A stretch of 63,064 bases of DNA, filler included, from Sphacelaria rigidula (taxonomy: Eukaryota), in assembly GCA_964200075.2 (NCBI GenBank). It is 5 parts of 5 records of this genome, joined end to end, with 100 filler letters (N's around TTAATTAATTAA, not from the genome) between each part and the next. Parts side by side here need not be neighbours in the genome. Positions count along the whole stretch, not along the records: positions 25,272 to 37,804 come from CAXNAA020003657.1; positions 37,905 to 50,435 come from CAXNAA020003658.1; positions 50,536 to 63,064 come from CAXNAA020003659.1; 2 more parts are not named here. One strand, written 5' to 3'. Below are positions 37,454 to 50,654 of the stretch, in pieces. Position 1 is the stretch's first letter; the number at the start of each line of letters is the position of its first letter. The notes under the pieces are model-generated. The model worked only from the letters and a program-made list of their open reading frames with translations. It was not told the origin of the DNA and searched no databases. The position numbers and the translations under genes are program-made.

Positions 37454-37943
37454 GGGGGAAGTGTATTCATGATCTGGCATACCACAGTAATATGGCCACT
37501 GATCTCGCATCCCTACATAGCCAGGACGAAACAAGCCGGGTTCTCACCGGACCAGGCTTGCAATCAATCACCAAGCGCGAAGCGCTGCGGCGTGTTTGGC
37601 GAGTCGCCTGAAGGGTGAGCTGCCTCCTGCCAAAATTGTTCGGCCCGAAGGGTACTGATTATCTTGCGTTTGGACTACAGCCCCCAATGAGCTGCTTCAT
37701 TTCTGGTATCGCCAGTTCCACAGACGCAGGGGGGGGGGGGGGGGGAATTTTTTTTTGTTTTTCTTTGGCGTTTTGCCATTGGCCACATTTTCCTTTTGGG
37801 AAGGNNNNNNNNNNNNNNNNNNNNNNNNNNNNNNNNNNNNNNNNNNNNTTAATTAATTAANNNNNNNNNNNNNNNNNNNNNNNNNNNNNNNNNNNNNNNN
37901 NNNNCCACAGAATATACACTGCCTCATGGGTGCCTCACCATTG
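37454..37943. repeat. Repeat family A, copy 2 (split by the gap)
   Basis: Family sequence runs to ~37720 and resumes after the gap at 37905 (CCACAGAATATACACTGCCTCATGGGTGCCTCACCAT). Confidence 0.85.
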
Positions 37944-38489
37944 AGGTTCGTTGGGGGTGGAGGGTATGATGACAAGCCAGTAGTTTCCCTAGTCTTGGGG
38001 TCAATAAAATACTGGCTATGGTTGAATCAGCTCGCTGTTTTTCACTGGATAACGTCAAGAATTTGCCAACGCTACACTAATGTTAAATTGCTCCTGGCGC
38101 CGCAGATACCAAGCTTCCATAAGTTTGGTGAGAGTTGATCAATTAGAGCACTGATGCAACCACATGTCTTCAGCCGTTGAAGCACACCAACACCCCCTGA
38201 AATAGACGACGACTCACTTGCTCAGAGAAACTGTCCAAACTGACAAGGTAAGGTATCCATCCTTGCAAGACTTGCAGGGGCAGTTACTGGTGTGTCACGA
38301 TCGACTCTTGAGCTTGAAGATGAGTGAGTCTCTGGATTCAACTGCCCAAAACACGACGTATCCAAAAATCATTGGATTATCCTTGCCAGAGTGATGGGGC
38401 ATATCTGGTCCCCACGCAACTCTCAGAAGGACACACGCACTGCATCACGCGATGTTGCCTTTCTCCTTTGCACCTTCGCCTGGCCTCAG

Positions 38490-39093
38490 GTTCCCAACTT
38501 TTTTTGAGAGCGTGCTACCTGCTGCTGGTATTTTTAATTCCGGTCGTCACGTCCGGACTCGCGTATCTCTCTTCGTGGTTCAGGGACAAGGTGACAAAGA
38601 GTGCAGTAGCAAACTTCAAAGCGATAGTTAGCATCCGCCGTGTAACCTGCGATTATGAGACGCAAAGAAGCAGTCTGTGCAGTACGATACTAATAGGATG
38701 TGCATGCCTGCGGACAGTTGACAAAAATCTTCATTTAATTGTTTTTCGGAGTGGTGGCCATGCCGTATGCAGTGGAAGCTCGTAGCGTGATTCTTCCGCG
38801 GCAAGGAGTAGACAGTATCCGGTTGTGCGACCACCAGCGAGGGTGAGGTCTTCGCTTTTCGATTACAGTGCATTAAAATCATGTTACCCGATGAAGGTTA
38901 TGCTTGTTCTTGAAATAGTTGCCGAGAATAGCCACACCACAGATTACCGTCTTAGTTCTAGCGCGGCACGATGGCTGCATCCGTCCCACGAGTTGTATTG
39001 TTCATGGGATTGAAGACTGCCAATTATGCTGGATCAGCCAACAACATCTGTCGTTTGAAATTTGCCTTCGCACAGGCATAATTTACAGTCCCA

Positions 39094-39145
<52 letters not shown>

Positions 39146-42100
39146 AAGCGTCAACATTGCCATTGTCGACCATTTTTTGTGTCGCCAACGAAAACGATAA
39201 TCACCAGTACGACCATGAGGATGTGCCCTGCAGCAACATGTTATTTCATGTTCCGTATATTCTGTCTTGTCTGTCTTGTCTGCGTGCCGTGTGTCAGTTT
39301 TGGTACGGTGCCTTGACCAGGTCCATAGCCTTGAGCGGAACAGCTTTCATTAAGTGGGGGCAGTGGAGCAGCACCCGTCCGGACATGTTCCCGGAGGAAC
39401 TGTGCAGGCGTTTGTCTGTGCTGCACAAGGGGGCTCCAGAACACAAGTATCAATATACCAAGGTGCAGAGCTTGTAGTGTTATATATATACATATGTATA
39501 TACGATGCTCAGATGCGTGTGCTGCGCCGCATCAGCTTGCAGCGTCGAGCTTGGGAATCGAGGTTGCCGCGTGTTGTCGTAGGAAGGCAAGCTGTGCAAG
39601 TTCCGTGTAGAGGTACTGCGGAGGAGGGGAGTCATCACTGTTCAAGGTACCGCCGCACTCTAGTGTTGTAAGGGTATACCGATACGGCTGAAATCAGTAG
39701 GTACGAAAACTGCGGGTTGGGTTCGATTTCCGACAGATGTATTCGGGTATTTCATCAAAAATACCTGATTCTTGTCCTTGAAAATGCAGGAACGTGCGTG
39801 GCAAAAAGAATTTGTATGACGAGAGTCGACGCGGCACGCCAGTGCTGATAGTCATGACCCAATCCGCTACAGCACATCGCAAGGCGTGTACCGGAGCAGA
39901 GATGGGTCGATCCCTTGAGACCACGGACTCATCCGAGGAAAGGGAAGAGTTGAAAGTGTGCGAACGTGAAAGAAGCCATCGCCGAATGTTGTTGATGTAA
40001 CGTACGTGGTGTTGCCCGCAGTAGCCCCTGTGCTGTAACACATGTTTTTGCCATGCCTGGAGAAATCTAGCACTACGACTCTATAGCAGCAGGAATTTCC
40101 CTTCCAGTCCCTGGTAACAAGAATTTTCAGTGAACCTCATAACTCGTTTCACCCTGGGCAGCTAAGCATCTTCGATGTATCCCCGGTGTGCGGTCACATT
40201 GTTATCCGTGTACTGGAATTTTGCACGTTCGATGGGAGTGCCTTCATGCCTCCCCGCTGCGAATGTTTCCTCTTTCAACGCCCGAGGACTCACTTGATTT
40301 CGTTCAGTATACGTCTGTTCCTTTGCTTGTTTCATGATGATGTTTCATGATGACGTTTCATGATGATGTAAGGAATTGGTGGAGCGAGCGTACGACGGGC
40401 AATCGATCAGCGAAGTGTTCGACTGGTTCGATGAGAAGCCTTTGGCGAGCGGCAGTATTGCACAAGTACACAAAGCGGTGCTCAACGGAGACATGGTAGC
40501 TGTAAAGGTAAATGCTGTTCATCGATTGTTGAATGCGCATGTCTCACCACACGCACACGTATATGAACATACGAAGTGTTATCCTATTGGGTGCGTTTGA
40601 GACAGGTGTTTGACGTCTTGGTACTGTATAAGAAAGAAACGGAGAGTAAATGGCGGCCTAGGAGTGTACAGATTGTTCGACGGCTGAATGGGATTCAGGA
40701 GGACCGGCATGATCCGATCGACGCAGGCCTGAGTTGAAGGAAAACATCGATGTAACATAGCACGGATAATGTCGATGTGAACTTACTGCGTGCGTGTAAT
40801 CAACTTGTGGTTGTGGGTATGCGAGCCTCCCGTGTGAGAGTTCAGGGTGTCGTTCTATGAGAGCGGGGTTGTCGAGACAGATGTGTGTGGCCTTTCCGCC
40901 TTGTAGTGTGTTTGTCAGTACCTATCGTCGTTATCCCCGCCTTGTCTTGTATCGGCTACTCAATCAGCTTTGTTCGCCTCTTGATATGCTTTAGGTTCGG
41001 CACCCCCATGTGAAGCAGCGCATATTCATGGATTTCAAGATTATGGACAAAATCGCCCGATACGCCGATGCCACGCCAAGCTTGAAGTGGATGAATCTGG
41101 GACCCAGCATGGAGCAATTCTCGCACACCATGGCAGCACAGGTGCCTTGTTCATTCCATCACGCGAAGAAGTGTTCCCGGAAACAACTTTCAGTGAATCG
41201 TCTGATACGCTCGGAATTACAAGTACCCTGGAATTAGTGACGGGGGGTACTCATGATCTTGCATGCCATAGTCATATGTGACAATTGACCTCGCATCCCT
41301 ACAAAGCCGGAACGGAGCACGCCGGGTTTCGCCGGACCAGGCTCGCAATCGATCACCAAGCGCGAAGCGCCGTGGTGTGTTTGGCGAGTCGCATTAATGG
41401 GTGAGCTGCACCCTGTTAAGATTGTGCGGTCCGAAGGTGTACTGATATTCTTGCATTTAGATGACAGCCTCCAATGAGTTGCTTCATTTTCCGGTGTCGC
41501 CACTACCAGAGACAGCCACGGCTTATACACCGCCTCATGGGTGTCTCACCATGCAACCAGTGGGGGGGAAGGCATGAAACGTTACAATGGCGATGGCACT
41601 CGCCGTCACGAAGGAGAAGACTGCCGAGAAGAAAACAAAAGGCGAACCCAGCTTTGCCTATCTGAATTGGTGTTGCAGTGTGCTACATGAAGTGCCTGCT
41701 GTGACTCGAAATCATCGAGTTGAAATGTCCCTGACGCAGCGATGATGCGTCTGTTGGTGACTTATATGTTGTACGAATAGACGGACCTACTACGGGAAGG
41801 AGCCAACCTGGACAATTTCAACTGGAACTTCAGAGGCTGGGCTGACTGCTGCTTCCCTGTTGTGCTGCACCGGACGGAAGACGTGTTGGTGAGTCTTGGT
41901 CAGGGAACGGCTCTAGGGCAATCTCTAAACTTTCGAGTCTTGCATGCGTTTCTCGCTGTATACATAAAATCCTGGTGTTGTGATCGCATGAGGTATCTTG
42001 ATTTTGCCCCACTGTTGCTACTACTTGTACTACCGCTACAGTGCCTGTTGTCGATTGTGCCTTTCTTAGCAACGCTGTTACGCCTGCTTGACCACGAAGC

Positions 42101-45100
42101 GCCGGTGCTTCGCTTCGTATGGCCGCGGTGTATTTTACACGCGTAGAGGACTGGCGTGGAATTGTGGGCCCCTTTCAATTTTGCCGCAATAGTACCAGCG
42201 GCATGTTTTCCATGCTGTAGCTTAGGGGCAATTGATTGTCTCGCAAACCTCACAAAAAGAGCATGAGCTGATTACAATCACACATGGTATCCTTTTCCCC
42301 GTTGTCTATTATTTCCCGCTGACTTTGAACGCTGTACTATTACTAGGTGGAGACGTTCGAAGATGGGCGCGTGGTATCTGACTACGCGAAGCTCTTCGAT
42401 GCTAAGCTCAATGGGAACCCGGGGGTGTGGGAGTGGGTTCAGCTGAAGATGCTTGGCCGCGTCCCTCAAAAGGTAGACGCTTCACTTGCTGTCGCGGAAA
42501 GAGCTATACCGTTGGGGAGTGCGTTGATGAGTTTCAAGCGGTGGCATTTGCATGTTCTACACAGTAGACAGTAGCGTTCGGTGCGCCTTGAGGTATTGCA
42601 GTCATTACGATCATTTTATTGGAGTATCACATCCCACGCACGGATGGCACCATTCCTGATGTCAAATCATTGGTGCTCTTGTTAGCAATAAGGGGCGCCA
42701 CCTTCGTGCGCGCTCCCTTGTGTGCGCGCTGATTGTGCATCATGGTGAATGTTGCAGCAGTCTAGGCTACTACCGAATCATGCAAAGAGCGTTGACCGCA
42801 AACTGATCTGTGTTTCGTCGCCACGACAGGATTCACATAGACTAAACAAGGCAGATCCGCTGCTGGGGCACTTCATCGTCACCCGTGGGGAGGACATGTG
42901 GCTGAAGATGGTGCTCAACGACGGGCTATTGCACGCTGATCTGCACCCGGGGAACATTCTTATCCGCGCTCCGCAGGTGCACTTGTCATGATCCGTTGCT
43001 GAGATTGTGCAGCCGGTGATGGATTCTAGCTTTCCCCTTCCCCTACCCCGCAACAAAGAACGTAAAAAGGATGAATTGTACACGAAGCACAAAATCGCGG
43101 GAAAAGAATCACAAGAGACTGGTCTTACGATGGAGGTAGAGCAAACGTTGCGCAAGATGAAGGACGTCGTGGCTGTGTTACGTGAGCCCCATATGTTATT
43201 TGCCCATTGCAGACGTGTCCGCGGGTGAAAACGCTGTCAAGAGCGAGGGTTAAACATCTGTCGTATTGATCTCGAGAGCACTCACGGTTTTGTTTTGCTA
43301 GCTACATCGAATGAACGCCTGAAAGCGACTCTTTAACCTTGGCTCTTTGACTTGGCTATTTCGTGCAAGAAGTCACGGAAGAAGTCACTCGACTCCGTCT
43401 CCCTCCCTCTATCTCTCCACTAGAATCATCATTATTGAGCCCGAAGATATCGAAACGATAAACATCGTATAATGTATAGCTGGCAATTACACAAGAAATG
43501 AGCACGAAACGGAAAGGGGGAAACAAGGAGCGGCGCTATCCCCACAGTCGCAGCTACAGAAAATACTGGAGTTCTGTGTATTCTTCAGCTCGATGGCATA
43601 TGCAATCTGTCTTCCTCTGATCCACCGCTCGGCGGAGATCTCCAGACCCGTTCCGGTCCTCGACCCCTAACGCAGCGCGACATTTTGTCCACATAGAGAC
43701 GAAAAAACGCAGAAAAATGTGCAGCACGTGGGCGGCACACTCGTTGTGCCTAGCTATTGAACGTAGGGAACATGCGCACCATGGTTGCTTTCACCAAGCG
43801 TGTTCGGAAAAGGTCGATTTATCTTGGTTTTGTTATTGATACGAATCGACTCATCATTGCAGTACTTGAGGCATTTCGGACACGCGACGCATGAATTTGA
43901 AGCTGCAGACATACCCCAAGAGCGGCTAGCGTCTGTCTATGGGTGATGGAACAGTTGTCCCCGTGTGCGCAAAGTATTCACACTAGAATTATCAGTACAT
44001 CGATGCTGCGATGGGGTAGGGCAGAGTGGCCCGGCGCAGAGACGAGCAGGCTGCCGTAGCAGACCGTGGCCTCCTTTTGCAGACTCCGTCACCCGTAGCG
44101 ATTGTGCTGTGTTCGCTTGTGCTGCTCGTATGGTGCCAAAAGTGTACGATGTTTGACCTGCGGAAATGTGTCCAAATTTTGCAGAACGAGCCTCCAAAGC
44201 TAGTGCTGGTGGATGCAGGCATGGTCGCGAAGCTGTACGGAAAGCAACGCAGGCACTTCATCAGACTCCTGGTAAGCGGCGGCCATACTACCTTCATTTC
44301 ATGTTGCGCACACCGCGGCATCTGAAGCGACATGGGCATGTAGCACGCATTGTAGGAGCGGTTTTCTGTTGCTATGAGTGGTCGTTCTGTATGTACATTT
44401 CTCCGAACTTTTCCTCTTGCCATTGGACGCTACAAACTTGCCTCGACATGCAAAAGGTTCAGTACCTGTGTGACCCACTTTGTTTCGCTTCAGCATGATG
44501 CCATATGTTCCTCCTTGCACCACAAGGCTTTGAAAAACACTGTGGGAATGCCTCGTATGTGTGCAGTATGCTTTGTGCACAGCTTGGTGCACTGATTTCA
44601 CAGTGATCACTCTACCGAACTTTTCATAGCATGTATGCTAATCTCAAGGCGTCGGCTTCGTGATCTTGCTATCGCACCGACGACATCGTCGCCTCAAGTG
44701 ATGCCTGCCTTGTCCGAAGGATTTTTCAGCGTGCACATCTTGTCAAAGATGACTTATGAACTTCTGCCAATCCTGTGAACGGTGTGAATTAATCGTGCGA
44801 AGGAATGCCTGGGATCTGGCGATGGCTTGGGGGCTGCTCGAGCAGTGCTCAACTTCTCAGCGAAGCAGAGCTGCGTGGGAGAGAAGGAAACGCAGGCTTT
44901 TTGCGACGACATGGAAAAAGTGTTCAAAGAGCGGTGTCGAGGCTATCACACGGTCAGTCAGAGCTTGTGTGCATTTCCTACCGCTCTGCTTCTGTCTGCT
45001 TCAACACGCTCTGCGTGCCAAGATTGTGGGATAGATAGGTCATCAACGAACGCTATGCTCTATTTGCCGTAACGGCAATGCGTGGAAATGTTGCATAGCA

Positions 45101-46554
45101 GCATCGACGGCCGAAGGCACAAATGGGACGTGTGGGGGTGATGTGCCCAGGTTTAGTTGGTTTCTGTGGTGTTCTCTTGAAGTGAGAGATGACCAGTCGA
45201 CTTCGTTGTTGTCTAGGGTCGGAGTGAATATGCTCATGTTTACGATTCATGTCCCGCCCATTGTGAAAAGAGTTCGTCGTACGATTTGGCTATTTTGTAC
45301 CATACACGTGAGTCAAAGCAGTGCTTAGATGAGCACGGGGTGTTGGCAAACTTGAACGTGGCAAACCTGACAACATTTCGACAGTGATCGCGAGTACTCT
45401 ACAATGCGTAATTCGTTTCTCAGGGGCATGTTTTCGCATACGAGGGGGTCCCTGCTGCACTGTTCACAATTCATTCTGTCCATCTTCTCGTGTGTTTCTG
45501 GGTTGAATATTGCGCTTTCCTCGTCTCCGATGGCCAGTTGCTCGTCGTCCTTTGAAATTCATGATACAGTATGTGCGTGTGTGGACACAACGTGGTGGCA
45601 GGATGTGGATGTTGGAGATGTACTGCGAGGGGTGCTGACATGTGTTCGGCGACACTCGGTGAAGGTGGATGTGGAGTACGCCACGTTGATTCTCAACATT
45701 CTGTGCTTGGACAGCATTGGAAAGGTAAATCTACCACAGAAGTTTCGACCCGTTACAATTTCCCTGTTTACCCTCGAGTTTCGCACTTACAGGGGCACAA
45801 TAGCACTAGCCGTTGTTGCCATGAGGTATAGTGTGTTGGTACGGGAAGTGTGTGGGCCGTGTTGTTTCATCATGGCATGTCCCGACTTGGTGCTGAACCA
45901 CAAGCAAGAAGAATCAAGTGGTCCTACTAGCATGGCTTATGCGCTCACGGTATCTCCGTACCTCTGTTTCGGTTCCGTGTGCTGCTAGGCGCTCCTGCCT
46001 TCCTACAATATCTTAGACGGCGCCCAGCCTTTGCTGGAGCTGCACAAGGTGGGATCTAGGGTGGTCGGCCACACTGCCGCCACGCTCATGCTACCGGGTG
46101 AGTCGCTAGGGTTTTCACGTAGTGTGTTCTGTAGCCATCACGTCGGTGTATATGTCCTGCAAGGATAAGGAATTGCATACAACACGTGCAGTTGCATGTG
46201 ATCTCCTTGCGTCGCACACCAATCTAACCGGCTGGTGTTCAAACCATATATTGGTGGAAGACGGATTGCTTCCTTCACATTTGAGATATGCTGCCTCATG
46301 CAACGTCTAATCTTTTCCCACGGTTGGGTATCGATCGCACTTTTTTGTTGCAGTCGCCAACGGTCGGTCTGACAAGAAACAAAAATGCCACAAACTCACA
46401 AACGCCCCATGCTCGATACGAATACGAAATAGTTGCTCGGGCGATGAAGGCGAGGTATGACAGGCGTTTTTTGAGACGCCTGAAAAATGAAATAAGGGAG
46501 GAGGAGAATCAGCAGCTACAAGAAGTCGAGGACCAGCTGCGAATATCGCAATAG
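38490..46554 (+). CDS. ABC1/UbiB (aarF-domain) atypical kinase, ADCK2/Cqd1-like; at least 12 exons, 5' exon(s) not resolved
   Basis: join(38490..38590,39298..39462,40373..40507,40995..41141,41781..41888,42347..42472,42830..42976,44185..44271,44803..44952,45602..45724,45989..46097,46433..46554), GT-AG with consistent phases. Motifs [16 protein letters not shown] (KxGQ), [54 protein letters not shown]. Confidence 0.94.
39096..39142. repeat. (GT)n microsatellite in an ABC1 kinase intron
   Basis: Uninterrupted GT dinucleotide run of about 23 units. Confidence 0.97.
41242..41553. repeat. Repeat family A, copy 3 (ABC1 kinase intron)
   Basis: Same sequence blocks as copy 1. Confidence 0.9.
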
Positions 46555-48324
46555 TCAACACCGGCATGTTCAGAAGCTGACCGCGTCACCAATAACCATC
46601 TGTCCGATGCGTCGGCTGCAGCAACAGCAGCGGCAACGGATGCCAATCCCCGAGATCGTTCCTGCGCAATGGTGACCAAAACAACAAAGTGGTGAACAAG
46701 GCGAACAGATACTCGTTGCTCCGCCAAGGTCTGGGGTACCGAGGGGATCTAATGGGGAAGGGAGAGGGGTGGCCGCACCGGAAAGAGATTACAAGCTGTT
46801 CCCGATGTCGCGTCAGAAAAATCACGTGGTGCTAGTGGTGGCGTGTTGGTGTCAATTGCGCGAGCATTCAAGGCTGGAGGCGGAGATTTTGTGGATCTGC
46901 TCGCCATCGCAATCATTGTACATATTTTTTAACCCTCTTTAGATCAGTTTCTTACAGATGAGATACTTGAGGGTGGGTTAGACTCAAGCGTGAAGTGGCA
47001 CACAAGAGTATCGGTCGATCATATTTTTCAAGTGTTTTGCTTTGGCCAACCGGAAAACTGCTGAGCACTTTGCCCTCATCTCCGTGATTGATCAGAAGGC
47101 GTTGAGGGCTCTAGCTTTCGCGCAATTCGCTGGGTTTGGTGTCTTGACGATTTCGCCAAGAGTGTAAAGAACCAGTTAGGGTTATACAGTGACAGATTAA
47201 TGGTTTTTGACGATTAGAAATTGCCACTATGACGCAAACTTTACCCACTGTGGGAGTATTTACCACCGCTGTTGTTTAATTTACGGTGGACATGGTATTG
47301 ATTTTCAGTATGGCCCAACTTGAACGAGGGGGTGATACTGTATGTTAACGGATATCGTTGTCGCAGGGTGTACAGCATATTTTATTTGTGGGCTTTGATC
47401 GTTCGCGCACCATGGACGCAGTTGTACTAAGCTAGCCACACCCACAGGAATTACAGCGCTTGCGGCGGTTTGTCTGGAAGAGCGGAATGCATTTCCGTTG
47501 TTGTTAGTTCTTGTGCCCCAGCACATGCATGGAAACGTACACGTAGCACTCTGGAGCGTTCATTAATCCGCACCCTATACAGACGGCACTTCATCAGGAT
47601 TCTTGGATTCCCAGGGAAGTGGTGACGGTCGCCACTCTTTCCCCTCTCTCGCTGTGCATCCTGTCTCTTTCTTGTTTCTTGTTCGTCGGTTGTCTCTTGA
47701 TCACTGTCAAGAAGGCATGAATACTTGAACCTCGGACGAGTCACCGTAGGCCAACTGGGGAAGTGATTGAGGTCGTTGTTCAAAAGGAGACAAAGAAGGG
47801 GGAGATGATAAGTGTACTCTACTGGAAAACGTCTTGAGGTCCAAACCCAGGGACCATTTTTAGCCAGTCATTTGGGAGGGAAAATTATGCATGTTTGCAT
47901 GCCAATTCAAATTAGTGATATCACCGACTCTTTATATGAGCGAATAATGCCGCATGTAAGTTGTACTATATAAGCATTCGCACTCAAGAACAAAAGCAGC
48001 ATGAACTAGCCCTGATTCCCAGTGACTACATTTTGTGCAAATGCAAGTGGCGTTCTTCGACGTACTCCATCTTGTTTTCAACATATATTGCAGGGTGTTG
48101 GCCCTTCACATGAATCGTCAGGGTACTGTTATAGTAGTTGGTAGAGGAGTGCGTAGAAATGACAATGGATAACGAGTTTTACAAGTTTCAGCATGAAAAA
48201 TGGTGTTGTCTTGGGCCTTTTCTCGTGTCAGTGATTTCTTGTGATGGAAAACTTCGGTTTTTTCGAAACTTTCGTTCCAACGCAGTTGTACAGTATCATG
48301 GATAGTACAGTGTGTTACACTGAA

Positions 48325-49126
48325 CACAATACAGAAGTCCAACAGTGTGCAGTCCAACAGTGCACTACAGGTTCCCAACTCACAGCACCAGAGGGAGCGT
48401 CGAAGTGGGTGACTGCATGTGACGAAATTTTACCACCCCTTAGTGCCCGCCCGTGACCAGATGAGCGTGAAAAATGGCGTTGTCTTGGGCCTTTATTATT
48501 GAATTTTGAGACTTACCTAAAAACAGGGTGCGTTGTGATCGTATGGGCTATGCGAATGATATTTCATCGGTGTTTCGGGCGTCAGAGTCCGTTTTGCACG
48601 CTCATGTATGTAAAACGATCAAGCTGTAAGTAACAGCTGCAGCAGCAACATCAACATCAACATCAGTTGCAGCACAGACAAGACCAATTTGTATAAACAG
48701 GGTGCGTTGTGATTGTGTGGGCTATGCGAATGATATTTCATCGATGTTTCGGGCATCAGAGTCATCATAAAAATTATCACAATACCGAAGTCCAACAAAC
48801 AGTGCACTACAGGTCCCCAACGCACAGCACCAGAGGGAGCGTCACAGCATGTGGGTGCTTGTGACGAAATTTTAGACCTCTTCAGTGCCCCGTGACCAGA
48901 TGAGCATGAAAAATGGTGTGGTCTTGAGCCTTTACTAATCAATTTTGAGACTTACCTACATACAGGGTGCGTTGTGAACGTGTGGGCTATGCGTATGATA
49001 TTTCATCGATGTTTTGGGCATCAGAGTCCGTTTTGCACGCTTTTGTAAGTAAAATGATCAAGCTATAGTAACAGCTGCAGCAGCAACATCAACATCAGTT
49101 GCAGCACAGACAAGACCAATTTGTAT
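48325..49126. repeat. Imperfect tandem duplication (48325-48694 / 48778-49126) with a third partial unit between
   Basis: Shared blocks CAGCACCAGAGGGAGCGTC, CCGTGACCAGATGAGC, ACAGGGTGCGTTGTGA (x3), AGTAACAGCTGCAGCAGCAACATCAACATC...GACCAATTTGTAT. Confidence 0.9.
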
Positions 49127-49180
49127 GGCCGCCCATGCCGAACCTGCCGGGACCCGAATCTGTGCCAAATCGGAGGGAAA

Positions 49181-49604
49181 CACGGGATTTTACAAATTAG
49201 GGATCGATCTTTCATGGGGGATAAAACGCGGAGGATTAAAACCTTCGTATGCACACCAAATCTTCGAAGTATGTTTCCATTTCATCCACTTGCTGGTAGC
49301 TGTTGACAACTACTACACGCCGTACAAATATGGATTTCAATAACCGCAATGTAAGGGTCCTAGGTGAATACAACTTTTCGGAATTTTGGGTGTCCGATCG
49401 GGCGCAAAAAATGGCTTTTCACCTAGGACCCCGACATTTCGATTATCGAAATCCAAATTTGTATGGCGTGTAGTAGTTGTCAACAGCTACCAGCAAGTGA
49501 AGAAATGGAAACGTACTTCGAAGATTTGGTGTGCATACGAAGATTTTAATCCTCCGGGTTTTATCCCAAATAAAAGATCGATCCCTAATTAGTCAAATCC
49601 CGTG
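49181..49604. mobile_element. Fold-back element: ~190-bp inverted arms with a ~45-bp spacer
   Basis: CACGGGATTT...GGGTCCTAGGTGAA [spacer] TTCACCTAGGACCC...AAATCCCGTG. Arms are complementary along their length, e.g. TGCACACCAAATCTTCGAAGTA / TACTTCGAAGATTTGGTGTGCA. Confidence 0.9.
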
Positions 49605-50654
49605 TTGGGGCCCAGATTCGTGAAACTCAGATTCGTGTGTTTCCCTGTACGGCTTCATACATTTGTTGAAATTGTTCTTCACACGACGGATCTTTTTCTG
49701 ACCGGGTGTCGTATCACGGTGAAGCCGAAGAACAGTGGGAAAATTAAATGCACCCGCGTGCACCATCGAAGATCATATTGACCCTGAGACAATGACAAAA
49801 ACACGTCGGCTTGCCAGTGCCGCATGGCCACGGCCCCGACCGTGGTGGGACTTGGGCCACACTAATTTCGATCCGAGCCAGCACAAACAACGCAGAGAGT
49901 ACAGTGGTATAACAGTATCATGATGTCGCCCTCTCTCATCTCCCACCAGCCGTTGCGTGGTCGAGTCTGCACGATTTCCCACTGCCAGCTCGAAAACAAA
50001 AATGTTCTGTATTGAGTATTTCAAAGCTCAACATTCTATGCTCGCTTACTTCCATCCTCCATTCATGTATGATGCACACCGACAAATTATGAAGAAGAAA
50101 TAGGTGCTGCTTTGTGTACCAAGAGAACCGCAGTAGAGAGCGTGGCGTGTACCGCAACAGACAACGTCATGGCGACTACATTATATTCCCTAGGTTAGGA
50201 ACAGTGGCTTCCCCATCCTCCCGCCAGGTATAAAAGAAGGACGATAGTGTTTTTGCAACCGCATGTAACACTGGTGGGGCAACATATAGGTTCTCCTCTA
50301 TGGACTTCCGCGTTTTCCAACCTGCAAACCATTCGATGCCCGTTGCTTCCTAATAAGAACGAACAGCCGATTTTATATTTTGGGGTTCATACAAAATATG
50401 GGGCTGAAGTGGCATAGCTGTCTTGCACGAAAGACNNNNNNNNNNNNNNNNNNNNNNNNNNNNNNNNNNNNNNNNNNNNTTAATTAATTAANNNNNNNNN
50501 NNNNNNNNNNNNNNNNNNNNNNNNNNNNNNNNNNNGTGTACCTGGGTTGTAACGCTGAAATGAGTTACGGGGATTCATTCATCACGAGTCAACTTATTGT
50601 ACTAAAACCAAGTAATTTCCTGACGAATCATCATTTGTCCTAACCGTGAACATA

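Noticed and set aside
18971..46554. Almost all UBP6 and ABC1 kinase introns are phase 0
   Set aside because: An excess of phase-0 introns is general in intron-rich eukaryotes; two genes do not show anything special.
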